Program-made: the position numbers and the translations under genes
Assembly: GCA_017518975.1 (NCBI GenBank)
Contig: JAFWTH010000037.1
Span: forward strand, 1 to 58,569
Source of the DNA: Clostridia bacterium
Lineage (GTDB): Bacteria; Bacillota; Clostridia; Oscillospirales; CAG-272
Direction of reading: 5' to 3'
DNA: 58,569 bases
Shown: positions 45,601 to 54,919 of the stretch, piece by piece
Numbering within the stretch: the stretch's first letter is position 1
Layout of the letters: every line of letters begins with the position of its first letter
Notes under the pieces: generated by a model
The model's input: the letters and a program-made list of their open reading frames with translations, nothing else
What the model was told of the DNA's origin: nothing
Databases searched by the model: none

Positions 45601-47236
45601 CGTACTTCGGCACGTTTTTCGGCTCTTTCGCGCCGGAGAGATATCCCTCGAGGTTTGCCTTCGCCTCTTCGTATATCCGGTCGGTCGATCTTCTCAGATA
45701 AAGCTCGCGCGAAAAATCGGGGATCGCGATATAGTCGTCTATATGTTCCTCGAGGTAGATGCCGAGGACCGACAGCGCCGCGTATTCGTAGTCGGTCGGG
45801 ATCCCCGCCGCCTCGCAGTCGCCTATCAGACGGTCAAGCTCCTCCATCTGCGCGGACAGCCGCGCCTTCAGAGCCTCGAACTTTTCGACGCACTGCGCGC
45901 GGTTCATCACCCGGAGCGTAAGCGTCTTTTCTTCCGATCTGATACCGAGTTTGTTATTGTACAGCGTCGCCGTGACCGTGACTTCGCCGCCCGCGTCGCG
46001 CGCGGCGAGGACGTTTTCGAAGTCCTCAGCGGTCACCTCGAGCTTATAGGACCCGTTGTCCTGTCCGAGCCCGTGGTCGTCGTCGAGAGCGAGAAGGATC
46101 CGGGTGAAATATTCCGACAGATCGGCGCCCGTGCCGCAGAGATTATACGGAACGGGGATCTTCCCGTCGTCGTCGAAAACGTACAGACCGTCAAGTCCGT
46201 TCCAGACGGAATCCATCTTTTCGTCCCGCGCGGTATTCGGGCAGACGCCCACCGTGTCGCAGTCTTTTGTCATATCGAAACCGATCATGACGTTGACCGA
46301 CTTTTTGTCCGTCGACTCACCCGTTTTGACGTTCTTTATGCTGACTTTCGACTGGATGATCTGCATATCGTACGTCTGCGGGAACAGATAGTGCATCTCC
46401 TCGAACAAGGCGGGGACGACCGGCTCGACCGCGACGGCGTACGTCTCGGGGTCGAGCCCGAGGGCGTCCCTGATCCCCGCGCCTATCCTGGAGAGCGATA
46501 TATCCGCGGTCTCCGCCTCGACGGGCGATCTGCCCGCGATATAGTGAACGCTCCTGTGCGACGCGCACCTCATCGAAGTAAGCGTCTCGAGCGCGTCGTA
46601 CATCGGGTCCGCGGGCGTCATCGAGACGAATCTGTCCGTGACCGTCGCGATCTCCGCGCGCGTCATTTTGGCGCCCGGATTGTATTTGCCCGCATCGTCG
46701 CCCTTGACGAGCCCCGTTCTGTGGAGCGTCTCGATATCCTCCGCCGCCCAGTCAGGGAACTTGTCCGGGAACGGCGTTACCGTCGCCTCGGGGAAGGAGA
46801 TCCCCTTGTATCTCATATATCTGACGAAGAACGCCGCGAACTCCTGACGCAGAACGGGCGTCTCGGGCTCAAACGCCGTCTCGCTCATTCCCTTGGCGAT
46901 GCCGTTTTTGACGGCCCATCCGATCGGGTCGGCGTAATACTCCGCTCTGTTCACGTCCCTAAAGCTCATCTCGGACGCCATCCCCGCGACTTCGTCGCCC
47001 GACATCCTCGAGAGGATCGTGACGATCTGACCGCGGGTCATCGGGCTCTGCGGTCCGAACGTCACGGCTGACGTGCCCTTCATGATCCCCGCTTCGTAAA
47101 CGGCCTTGACGGGTTCGTAGAACCACTCGTTTTCGGGCACGTCGCGGAACGGCAGCGCGGCCGCCGAGGCGGGAAAGGCGGAGAGCAACGCGAAAACGAA
47201 AGAAAGCGACAGAAGCACGGCTATCAGTTTTTTCAT
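42617..47236 (-). CDS. Secreted multidomain protein: 3 SLH, GH42-like (clan GH-A) catalytic domain, BspA-type LRRs, Cys/His-rich tail
   Basis: Signal peptide; SLH motifs MTRGQ, VLRQE, MTRAE; ISNEP, FLRDKYGGIDRLNEVYG, VVDSEVH, VAILYS; xIGxxAFxxCxxL repeats; PTCT..QTCTECG and CSVCG. Confidence 0.8.
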   Translation of the reverse strand: MKKLIAVLLSLSFVFALLSAFPASAAALPFRDVPENEWFYEPVKAVYEAGIMKGTSAVTFGPQSPMTRGQIVTILSRMSGDEVAGMASEMSFRDVNRAEYYADPIGWAVKNGIAKGMSETAFEPETPVLRQEFAAFFVRYMRYKGISFPEATVTPFPDKFPDWAAEDIETLHRTGLVKGDDAGKYNPGAKMTRAEIATVTDRFVSMTPADPMYDALETLTSMRCASHRSVHYIAGRSPVEAETADISLSRIGAGIRDALGLDPETYAVAVEPVVPALFEEMHYLFPQTYDMQIIQSKVSIKNVKTGESTDKKSVNVMIGFDMTKDCDTVGVCPNTARDEKMDSVWNGLDGLYVFDDDGKIPVPYNLCGTGADLSEYFTRILLALDDDHGLGQDNGSYKLEVTAEDFENVLAARDAGGEVTVTATLYNNKLGIRSEEKTLTLRVMNRAQCVEKFEALKARLSAQMEELDRLIGDCEAAGIPTDYEYAALSVLGIYLEEHIDDYIAIPDFSRELYLRRSTDRIYEEAKANLEGYLSGAKEPKNVPKYVTSPIEVDGFTLRANTVDSYGNFENRPVYFFGYGDGGEYPWTYAKYYSDLGSNAFHYYALSVARVVRAATPSDTEGVSADGKYVIDTSDVERDLHYFSDLNDGDQAVSFMLVIGADSICEIYPELARIEGSEGGQVGINLNHPKGREVIEAFLRAVVPLVTKYKCVNSFVISNEPAFKPSEHGDYYIPMWAEFLRDKYGGIDRLNEVYGALYAKFEDVPLADRDILIERDQLSLDNQEFATKVHSDWFRWVAGIVHEMAPDIPISTKLKSIEFDRSMQQYGLRPEDWADFQDLGGCDDVREDVMYYDHIAYAEEAPVVDSEVHIYHDSRDTAFTYGMDVLTERIIWRGMMHHLGIGNFFSDDYWPGYTEHFSFGNSAYRPLGRYRVGAVTMDLNRLSCEVDAIVSEEPDVAILYSYPSRQFTTGSSTETMNGAYLGALECGKKVRVLSEEQIEKLGSDKIKLLIIPESVNVCEKTLEAIDAFVARGGKVVIFGFDSLTRNELNEPTSSALPDRIKAAADIYGVRTSAEEYRKVLAEWFRANEMQRIWVTDAATGEPVGEATEWLSADYDGKTLVTLWSMGCDEPLEVKIVLDGVPVPSSKDLRTGDRYGQTVTLERDVTLLLELDADDPEPTTAPDVPAHAVEDGFEFFVSNGEATVVRYAGGGTEVTVPETLGGAPVTGICGFAFTSSSPAVKSVALPESVTALPEYAFFRCFSLEGVSIPGVREIGDSAFYDCRSLRSIDIPDAVEKIGGRTFALCSSLTSVGFPAGLYEIGKYAFYGCSSLESVEFPSGLRYIGSGAFWKASVSGTLEIPYGVTEIMYNAFRECPNIERVVLPNSVLSIAERAFVDDRSLSEVVLPNSLRSIGNNAFTNCPLTRLDVPYGVVSVGSIHMNTPIYMPPTVNFLPDYWDFNAGVEVEAGSPYEKICRDFGIAYTIVEREHHIHTPGAEPTCTSAQTCTECGAVLHATYGHVWVAEKGEDGKAVWRCSVCGEKR

Positions 47237-47284
47237 CTGTAAAATACGTCTCCGTTATTCTATATGTATAAACTCTGTGGTCTC

Positions 47285-47313
47285 ATTGTACCATACCGAT
47301 ATGGAAAAGACAA
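47285..47313 (-). promoter_or_regulatory. Promoter for the SLH-GH42-like gene
   Basis: TTGTCT-17 bp-TACAAT with TGn extension. Confidence 0.6.
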
Positions 47314-47406
47314 GTCAGCGACGCCGGGATAATCTCCGATGCCGCTGACTGTTTTATTGTTTTTCCTGCAGACGCAGAACTGTCTGCTGTCTTTCTGATC
47401 CATCTG

Positions 47407-48453
47407 TCACAATGCTAAGTATTGAATAGTTTTCAAATCATTGCGCCAGATGGATTGTGCTTTGTCTTTGATTGCCTTTTTTTCCTTTAAGGTAATTGTA
47501 CGAAAACATATTATTTCTAGTTTTTTGTTTTTTCTCTTCCAGCGTCCGGCAATACTTCCGTTTAGCAAAAGCCCGGGCATGACGATACCTGCAAGATTAA
47601 AAATACCGCGAAGGTATTCCTGCGGCAAATACTTGCTGTGCTTTTTTTCATAGCCAAGCATCAACTGATCAAAACCGGCGAGAAATACGCAACCCGGTAT
47701 CGGGGGATAATTCCCGTTTAACTCGCCCATGTAAAAATACTCTGCACCATCTAAAGAAAAACTCTGAACGGGAAGTGTTTGCAGAATTTGTTTGACATAC
47801 GTCTGCGAACAGCCGAAAAAATATGCGATATCTCGCAATGTCGCAGGTGCGATGTGAGTAAGGTAACGCCGCATCTGTTCTGTAAGCGCTTCCTTTTTGG
47901 GCATAGGGACATATTCGGGTGCTATCGCAAACGCTTTTTTCTCCTGAACCTTATATGTAAGAAAGCCGCGTTCACATAAAGGACGAAGTAACCCGCCCCA
48001 CCCGTTAAAGATAAAGGATTCTTCCGTCAGCGTCATACCTACCGAACGGCATGCATTTCGTAAATCATCTCTTGTTTCTATGCCGGCTGCAACACTTTGA
48101 ACGATATAATCCGCAAAAAATCGTTCCCGCTGCGGCGACACCCACGGGCGACCGTGATCGGTTACGCCCAGCCACCGTTCGCTTCGATAAAATCCGTCGT
48201 CATACTTAAAAAGAGGTAAGTCTTCTTCCGCAAAAACGTGGACGGTTCCACGTAATGACCAGTTTTTTACAAGGCCTTCCCCCCAACAATCGGGATCCGG
48301 ATCATCTGCACACCGAATACGGAGAGAATGATATGCGTTTGCCATGAACTGGCATTGCAGTCCGCATAAGTCCCGTACGACAGTGATTTTATCTGCAGGC
48401 ATACTTAAATGTTGCCTGTATAATTGAATTCGTTTTAATTCTTCAATCGTCAT
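47407..48453 (-). CDS. AlkZ/YcaQ (HTH_42) family DNA glycosylase-like protein
   Basis: GLQCQ (QxQ), WSLRGTVH, RRYL..IAPAT.RD.AYF.G, FLAGFDQLMLGY, G.IAGRW; AT-richer than flanks. Confidence 0.82.
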   Translation of the reverse strand: MTIEELKRIQLYRQHLSMPADKITVVRDLCGLQCQFMANAYHSLRIRCADDPDPDCWGEGLVKNWSLRGTVHVFAEEDLPLFKYDDGFYRSERWLGVTDHGRPWVSPQRERFFADYIVQSVAAGIETRDDLRNACRSVGMTLTEESFIFNGWGGLLRPLCERGFLTYKVQEKKAFAIAPEYVPMPKKEALTEQMRRYLTHIAPATLRDIAYFFGCSQTYVKQILQTLPVQSFSLDGAEYFYMGELNGNYPPIPGCVFLAGFDQLMLGYEKKHSKYLPQEYLRGIFNLAGIVMPGLLLNGSIAGRWKRKNKKLEIICFRTITLKEKKAIKDKAQSIWRNDLKTIQYLAL

Positions 48454-49490
48454 AATGTGTCTTCCTCTGACAGAGCGGCGATCTGAGCGAGTATTCCTTC
48501 AAAGTACTTGGGGTTTAGACGGTAAAAGACCGTTCTTCCCGAAACGCGCGTCTTCAACATCCCCGCCTTGAGCATCATCGTCACGTGATAATACGCGGTA
48601 GAGCCGGTAAAGTTTAAATTCTTTTCAAGATCCTTCGCGGTGACTTCGCCGCGTTCCTTTATCAGTTCAATGATCGACAGACGGTTCGGCTCGGACAGTA
48701 TCTCGCCGAAATCTCTGAGGCCGGGAATCGGTACACCCTTGTCCTTCGGCGCGTCGAGGTCGTAAAGATAACCGAGGATCACCGCCTCAAGCGTGTCCTC
48801 CCCTAAAGCATACAGAACATGCCTGTTCAGAAGACAAACGCTCCAGTATACGACGTCGGGTGTGGGAGCGGTCCCCAGACCGCCCACTCTGCCGCATATC
48901 TTTTTGAAAAAATCATCCGGATCGCTCGTAATACTCTGCGCCTCAACGATTTTTTGATATTCCTCTTTGTAATAATCGTCGAGCCTTTTTTCTTTGTCCT
49001 TCAGTTCGCAGACGAGGGAGTTTATCTTTCCGTCCGGGTCTACGAGAAACGAATACAGTTCTCTTTTTGTTCTCTCATCGTAATCCGAAGCGTCGATGAG
49101 AGGGGAGACGGAGCGGAGCAGGTCTTTCGCTTCGCCCTGAACGTCGTATTCGGGAAAGTAAAAACGGACGAGCTTATTTGTAAATTCAACGCGGTTTCCG
49201 AGCCGTTTAATGATCTCTCCGACGCTCAGTTTTTCTCTCGGACCGTCAAATCCCGCGAAATAGCATTGGGACATAAAAGATCTGCCGTGTTTTTTCAGAC
49301 GAAAAAAGAGATGAAGATCGTCGGGGATCGGTGAAAACCTATCGATCACCGATCTCACGTGCGCAGCGGCTTCCTCCGCGGAAGAAGCCGTCGATTCTGC
49401 TTCGATCCTTATCTCTTCATTGAAACGGCAGACAAAAATATAAAAAAGGTCGTAAAGGAACCCCGGGGCTTGTACGTACGTTATTTTCAT
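48450..49490 (-). CDS. ArsR-family regulator with C-terminal winged HTH
   Basis: LSEPNRLSIIELI...STAYYHVTMMLKAGML...GRTVFYRLN; GGAG RBS. Confidence 0.82.
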   Translation of the reverse strand: MKITYVQAPGFLYDLFYIFVCRFNEEIRIEAESTASSAEEAAAHVRSVIDRFSPIPDDLHLFFRLKKHGRSFMSQCYFAGFDGPREKLSVGEIIKRLGNRVEFTNKLVRFYFPEYDVQGEAKDLLRSVSPLIDASDYDERTKRELYSFLVDPDGKINSLVCELKDKEKRLDDYYKEEYQKIVEAQSITSDPDDFFKKICGRVGGLGTAPTPDVVYWSVCLLNRHVLYALGEDTLEAVILGYLYDLDAPKDKGVPIPGLRDFGEILSEPNRLSIIELIKERGEVTAKDLEKNLNFTGSTAYYHVTMMLKAGMLKTRVSGRTVFYRLNPKYFEGILAQIAALSEEDTL

Positions 49491-49525
49491 CCTTATCTCC
49501 AATGTTTTTGATATCAAGATAATTA

Positions 49526-49728
49526 ATTATACCACATTTTCAGAAAAATGTCAAGCGGCAGGACATAATTCGGCTTTGCAGGAACAACACATTTTACCCG
49601 CTATAACTCAGCATTTATCAAAAGAGGAGTTTTACGGTCGTCGATTCCCAAAGTTGAGTATTATTTAATTACTTTAATAGTAAATAAACTGATAGTTGAT
49701 TGACATTCCGTTATCCCCGTGATACAAT
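49526..49728. promoter_or_regulatory. Divergent sigma-A promoters (ArsR leftward, ABC rightward)
   Basis: Minus strand: TTGACA (49549-49554)-17-TATAAT (49526-49531). Plus strand: TTGACA (49700)-17-TACAAT (49723). Imperfect AT-rich inverted repeat at ~49664-49688. Confidence 0.75.
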
Positions 49729-49798
49729 TATCAAACTACAAAGGGCGGTTTCGAAAAAACGCCGGGTTTTTCCCGCCTGTACGGAAAGGGGTATGTAA

Positions 49799-51601
49799 AT
49801 GAGAAAGACGTTATGGATACTGAAAACGACGTTCCGTTTCTGCTTTCCGTCAATTTTTATGATGGTACTGCTGAATCTGACAAATCCCATAATTCGCGTA
49901 TCGATAAATCTTTTTAACCGGAGTATGGTCAACTCCGTCGCCGAGAGCGCGGGGAGCGGCGCGCTGCCGGCTTTATTCGTATGGTTTGCCGGGGCGTATC
50001 TCATTATGTACCTTGTAAATACCGCGGTCGGCAGACTCCGCGCGGCGGGATGGTACAACTTTGCGTTCAGGATCAACCGCTTTTTCAGGAAAGTATTTCT
50101 GTACAAAAGCTACAGGATGAAAAGCGAACTGCTTCTTGACAGCGAGTATCTTGATAAATACTTTTTCATAAGCGAAAATCTCGGTTCCGTGTCCGGTTAT
50201 CTCAATGCGTATCTCTCGATTATCTTCGGCATAGGAGGAGTGATCGGTTCGTCCGTGTGGATTTTCGCCGTATACGAGCCGTTTCTTATTTTGTACATAA
50301 TCCCCGTGTCCGCGCTTATGATCTATCTTTACATCCGATCCGTGAAAAAAAGATATGAGCTTGACGAAAAACAGGCGCACGGGAAGAGGGTTTCCGGGTA
50401 TTACGGCGGTATTCTCACAAGTTACGCAACCGCGAAAGAAATGAGGATATTCGGTTACCGCGATCCCGTATTCGGTCGGTACATAGGACTTGCCGATCAG
50501 TTGAGGCGTGATGAACTCGACGTGGAGATCAAAAATCAGAAGATGTGGAATCTTTACCGGGTCGTAAGAGTACTCAGCAGAGCGGCGGCGGTTTTAATCC
50601 TTCTCTTCGGCGTCAAAAACGGAAGGTACGACATCGGTACGTTCGTCATGCTGTTCGGCATGATCGAGCCGAGTATGAACTCGATCGAAGCTCTCGCGGG
50701 CTGGATCGTTCACGGCGCGTTCAGGCACGGAAAATATCTGTCCGGTTTCTATGATTTCATCAATCCGACGACGACCGAAGAACTCAAAATGATCAACTCG
50801 AAGGCGGAGTATGAGGATATGACGCCTCCGTTCGGCGCGTTCTCGTCTCTTGAAGTCGACGACGTGAGTTATACGTACCCGACCGGGAACGTCCCGGCTG
50901 TATCTCACGCGTCGCTCACCGTGCGCCGCGGAGAGATAATCAGTATCCTCGGCTATAACGGCAGCGGAAAAACGACGCTCTCGAAGCTTCTCAGCGGGTC
51001 ATACAAGCCGCAGAAAGGTAAAGTGAGGATCAACGGCGTCGAAGTGACGGAGGAAAACAGGGACGGGGCGTTTCTGTATTTCGGTTTCGCGCCGCAGGAG
51101 TTCTCACGGTTCTCCGTTTCGATCAGGGATTTCATCGGACTCGGACGATCGGACAAAAAAGACGACCGCGACGAGCTTGAGGCGGCGTACGCGAAAGCGG
51201 GGATCCACTCGTTTATCGACAAATATCAGGCGGGCGAGGATACGGTCATCGGGAAGGCGTACGACGACCGAGGCGTCGACCTGTCCGGCGACGAGTGGCA
51301 GCGCCTCGTTATCGGATCGGCGTATATGGGTACTCCTGAGATTTTGCTTATGGACGAGCCGACCGCGTCGATCGACCCGCTCAAAGAAATGGACCTGATC
51401 GCCAACTTCCGCGAAAACCTGAGAGGGAAAACGGCGATCCTCATCTCTCACCGCATCGGATTCGCGCGTCTCGCCGACCGGATCGTAATGATGGACGGCG
51501 GAGAGATCACCGAGGTCGGCACGCACGACGAGCTCCTCTCGCGCGGCGGATATTACGCCCGTCTGTTCAGCGAGCAGAAAAAGCTTTACGAGGAGGATTG
51601 A
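49799..51601 (+). CDS. ABC exporter, fused permease/ATPase subunit 1
   Basis: TM domain, AKEMRIFG, GYNGSGKTT, LSGDEWQR, LMDEPT, ISHR. Confidence 0.92.
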   Translation: MRKTLWILKTTFRFCFPSIFMMVLLNLTNPIIRVSINLFNRSMVNSVAESAGSGALPALFVWFAGAYLIMYLVNTAVGRLRAAGWYNFAFRINRFFRKVFLYKSYRMKSELLLDSEYLDKYFFISENLGSVSGYLNAYLSIIFGIGGVIGSSVWIFAVYEPFLILYIIPVSALMIYLYIRSVKKRYELDEKQAHGKRVSGYYGGILTSYATAKEMRIFGYRDPVFGRYIGLADQLRRDELDVEIKNQKMWNLYRVVRVLSRAAAVLILLFGVKNGRYDIGTFVMLFGMIEPSMNSIEALAGWIVHGAFRHGKYLSGFYDFINPTTTEELKMINSKAEYEDMTPPFGAFSSLEVDDVSYTYPTGNVPAVSHASLTVRRGEIISILGYNGSGKTTLSKLLSGSYKPQKGKVRINGVEVTEENRDGAFLYFGFAPQEFSRFSVSIRDFIGLGRSDKKDDRDELEAAYAKAGIHSFIDKYQAGEDTVIGKAYDDRGVDLSGDEWQRLVIGSAYMGTPEILLMDEPTASIDPLKEMDLIANFRENLRGKTAILISHRIGFARLADRIVMMDGGEITEVGTHDELLSRGGYYARLFSEQKKLYEED

Positions 51602-51602
51602 C

Positions 51603-53357
51603 ATGGAAAAAGAAAAAGTCACTTTCTCTGAGTTTTTCAGAGTTCAGGTCTCGGTATTCCGCGAGCTTTTCACGAAATACCGTACAAAGTCCGCCGTACT
51701 GACGTTTCTGTCACTCGTTACGATCGCCTGGTCCCTGATCGAATTGAAATTCGTCGAATATATAACGAACGCCGTCGCCGGGTACTTTGAAGGAACGGTC
51801 ACGTTTTCTTCGCTGTTGATCACGGTCTCTCTTTTCCTCGCGTCTCTCCTTTTGATTGTGATCCTGTCAAACCTTCGGGAGAAGATCACGCTGAGATATC
51901 AAAGCGATATCGGCTTTGACGTCGGGTGTAAGATCACAAAAAAATTGTCGGAAATTCCGTATGAATACTATGAATACAGCGCTTTTTACGATAAGATCAA
52001 CCACGCGAGAGAGGCGTCGGAGGCGTATTCTCAGGCGGTATACGGCTCCACGACTATAATCAGCACGGTTTTCCAGATTGCGGTTTACGGGGTACTTCTG
52101 TCCCGTATAAGTCCCTTGTATCTGCTCGTTATCGCGGTCGCGATCGTTCTCAGCGTAATAATATCGTTCAAAGTGACGGAAAAACGGATGATCAACAAAT
52201 ACAAGATCCTCTCTCCCAACGACAGGCGAAGCGCGTATTTCGGCTGTATCATGAGCGACAGGGTCAATCATCAGAACATACAGACCACAAGAAACTATCC
52301 GTTTTTCTCAAACGCATACGGAAAATTCAACGAACTCACCAGAAAAGCCGGGGTCAGGGAAAACGTTATGTCTTTCGCCAGCGAGGGCGCGGTAGTGCTG
52401 ATGTTCGCCGCTTCGTTTTTCGTAACGGTTATCGTCGTCGGACGCGGAGTGGCGCAGGGTTCGTTTACGCTCGGATATTTTACGATGGTGACGGCGCTTT
52501 TGGGCTATCTGTTTGTCAACGTAAGGGAGTTTTCCTATACCGTGATAAATCACACCGGGTACGCCAAAGCGGTCGGCGCGTATTTTGAAATTATGGAAAT
52601 CGGTTCCGAGGAAGAGAAAGAAAAGGAAGAAGGCGACGGATCGGTTTCGGTGAAAGACCTGAAATATAAGTATCCTCAATCAGAGCGGTACGCGCTTGAC
52701 GGGGTGACTCTTTCCTTCAAAAAAGGTGAAAAGGTCGCCGTCGTCGGTCACAACGGAAGCGGAAAGACGACTCTGATGGCGATCGTCGCCCGGCTTTTGC
52801 GAAGTTACGAGGGTGAGCTTCACGAAGGAGGAGCCGTCGTCTCCGCCGTTATGCAGGACTTCGTTCACTATCAGATGACGGTAAAGGAGTCGATCGAACT
52901 CGGCTGCGGGGGGCGTGAACTGTCGGAGGAGAAGATATTTGAAATACTGAAAAAAGTCGAGCTATACGATTTTATCATGAGCAAACCGAAGGGCATCCGA
53001 ACGAATATCGGGCAGCTCGAAGAGGACGGCGTGGAGCTGTCAAAAGGGCAGTATCAGCGTCTTGCGATCGCCCGGCTGCTCGCAAACGAGGATTCAAACG
53101 TCTGGATTCTCGACGAACCGACTGCGTTTCTCGATCCCATCGCGGAGATCGAGACGTACAGACATATCTTCGACCTTGCGGGAGACAGACTTGTGTTCTT
53201 TATCTCGCACAGACTCGGTTTCGCCAAGCACGCCGACAGGATCATTGTGACGGAGGACGGGCGCATAGTCGAGGACGGTTCTCACTCCGAACTGATCGCA
53301 CGGGAGAACAGCGTGTACAAGAAAATGTTTGAGTCACAGAAGGAATGGTACAGTTAG
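51603..53357 (+). CDS. ABC exporter, fused permease/ATPase subunit 2
   Basis: TM domain, GHNGSGKTT, LSKGQYQR, ILDEPT, ISHR. Confidence 0.92.
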   Translation: MEKEKVTFSEFFRVQVSVFRELFTKYRTKSAVLTFLSLVTIAWSLIELKFVEYITNAVAGYFEGTVTFSSLLITVSLFLASLLLIVILSNLREKITLRYQSDIGFDVGCKITKKLSEIPYEYYEYSAFYDKINHAREASEAYSQAVYGSTTIISTVFQIAVYGVLLSRISPLYLLVIAVAIVLSVIISFKVTEKRMINKYKILSPNDRRSAYFGCIMSDRVNHQNIQTTRNYPFFSNAYGKFNELTRKAGVRENVMSFASEGAVVLMFAASFFVTVIVVGRGVAQGSFTLGYFTMVTALLGYLFVNVREFSYTVINHTGYAKAVGAYFEIMEIGSEEEKEKEEGDGSVSVKDLKYKYPQSERYALDGVTLSFKKGEKVAVVGHNGSGKTTLMAIVARLLRSYEGELHEGGAVVSAVMQDFVHYQMTVKESIELGCGGRELSEEKIFEILKKVELYDFIMSKPKGIRTNIGQLEEDGVELSKGQYQRLAIARLLANEDSNVWILDEPTAFLDPIAEIETYRHIFDLAGDRLVFFISHRLGFAKHADRIIVTEDGRIVEDGSHSELIARENSVYKKMFESQKEWYS

Positions 53358-53410
53358 ACGGTAAGGATCTGTCCGCGCGGAAAGACCGCGCGGGATTGAA
53401 AGGAAGGAAA

Positions 53411-54064
53411 ATGTATAAGAACTCAATAGCGATTTGTTTGTCTTTTATCTTCGCGGGCGGACTGATGATCCCGGCCCTCGGAGTCCCGGATATTCTGTTT
53501 GACGCGATTTACGGCGCTGCGGCGTTGATTTTGGCAGCATTTTTGATAGGGTTGCGGATTCACGCGAAGAAAAAAGGACTGATCGATTATCACAACAGTT
53601 ATTTCTGGCTTTACAATAAAAAAAGGAGCGGCGGACTTACCGCGCTGTTGACCGCGGCGAATGCCGCCGCCGTCGTCTCTTTCGTTATACTGGTCTTAAT
53701 TACGCGCGGCGGAATCAGAACAGACTCGTGTCTCATCGCCGTTGTCGTATTCGGATTTCAGGCGTTTGATATTATTAAAACGTGGCTCGCTGTCTCAGGA
53801 AAAGCCGGCAAAAAAAGACGCGGTTCACGCAGGGAAGGTATGTCGGATTACGAACTGACGGCTCTTAATAAGTCCGCGAACGTCTTTTTGACGGTCGGTA
53901 TTTTACCGCTTATCATCTGTATCTTATACGGAGATTTCTGGTATAAGGTGATCGGACCGCTTGCGATATTTGTCTTTTCTCACCTCGTAAGCTATTTTTA
54001 CGCTTTATTCTGGAGACGCAGGGGAAAAGGAGAATGGGAGTGGTCGGATGAAGGAAAAGGATGA
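53411..54064 (+). CDS. Hypothetical integral membrane protein (~6 TM)
   Basis: Hydrophobic segments; AAGGAAGG RBS before ATG 53411. Confidence 0.7.
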   Translation: MYKNSIAICLSFIFAGGLMIPALGVPDILFDAIYGAAALILAAFLIGLRIHAKKKGLIDYHNSYFWLYNKKRSGGLTALLTAANAAAVVSFVILVLITRGGIRTDSCLIAVVVFGFQAFDIIKTWLAVSGKAGKKRRGSRREGMSDYELTALNKSANVFLTVGILPLIICILYGDFWYKVIGPLAIFVFSHLVSYFYALFWRRRGKGEWEWSDEGKG

Positions 54065-54263
54065 AATCGCAAAGAGACTCGGCGCAAATATCGCGAACGC
54101 GAGGCGTGCGCGGGGATTGACGCAGGCGCAGGTGGCGAAGAGCGTATTCGTTACGGCGCAGGCGGTCAGCAAATGGGAATCCGGAAAGTCACAGCCCGAC
54201 GTCGGCACGCTTTTTGCCCTGTCGCAGCTTTTGGGTGTGACGACAGACGAATTGCTGAAATAG
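54048..54263 (+). CDS. XRE-family HTH regulator
   Basis: RGLTQAQVA..VFVTAQAVSKWESGKSQPD. Confidence 0.9.
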   Translation: MKEKDEIAKRLGANIANARRARGLTQAQVAKSVFVTAQAVSKWESGKSQPDVGTLFALSQLLGVTTDELLK

Positions 54264-54327
54264 GATCCCCCGCAAAGATCGGTCGTTTTTTGCAAAAAGT
54301 GTAATTAAATAGGAAGAGGTATTTGAT

Positions 54328-54357
54328 ATGAAGCGAGAACTCGGAATAGCGCGTTGA
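54328..54357 (+). pseudogene. Truncated 5' relic (MKRELGIAR*) of a paralog of the 54916 gene
   Basis: Same 9 aa with synonymous differences, GAGGT RBS, then TGA where the intact copy has TGT. Confidence 0.7.
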
Positions 54358-54490
54358 TCGGCAGCGCTGGCACGATGGACGACGGCTCACTGATCGGATT
54401 GGAGATGTGCGAAAAAGTGGGACTTGTCAAAGTCGCAGAATGCAAATGTATCAACTACACCCGTAAAGGAAAATTAAAAGGATAAAAAAT

Positions 54491-54919
54491 ATGGAAGTAA
54501 AGTTTTATGATTCGGTAGATGATAGTCTGCTCAAATTTGTTGTCATTATTGCCAAATCCAACGGCAAGTGGGTGTTTTGCAAACACAAAGAGCGCAATAC
54601 ATACGAATGTCCCGGCGGACATAGAGAAACAGGAGAGAATATTGACGATACCGCCAAGCGTGAATTGTACGAGGAAACGGGAGCAATAGACTATACGATT
54701 CAGCCTGTCTGCATTTATTCCGTAACAGCTCCTGATAACTTTGATGGTCAGGAAACCTTTGGCAAGCTCTTTTACGCAGAGATAAAGAGCTTTGAAGGTG
54801 AACTGCACAGCGAAATCGAAAAAGTTGAATTGTTCAAGGATTTACCGACAAATTGGACTTATCCGCAGATTCAACCATTGCTGCTGAAAGAGATCGAAAG
54901 GAAGATTGTAAATACATGA
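54491..54919 (+). CDS. NUDIX hydrolase
   Basis: Nudix box PGGHRETGENIDDTAKRELYEETG. Confidence 0.92.
   Translation: MEVKFYDSVDDSLLKFVVIIAKSNGKWVFCKHKERNTYECPGGHRETGENIDDTAKRELYEETGAIDYTIQPVCIYSVTAPDNFDGQETFGKLFYAEIKSFEGELHSEIEKVELFKDLPTNWTYPQIQPLLLKEIERKIVNT

Noticed and set aside
42689-47071. 1460-aa plus-strand ORF, and similar long antisense ORFs (9414-11027, 23649-25487, 28492-30156)
   Set aside because: Shadow frames of well-supported genes on the opposite strand, caused by high GC3; biased composition (Arg/Val- or Ser-rich) and no motifs
49799-53357. ABC pair as exporter for the rSAM-modified product
   Set aside because: It lies 27 kb away, has its own regulator and no C39 peptidase domain; nothing links the two loci
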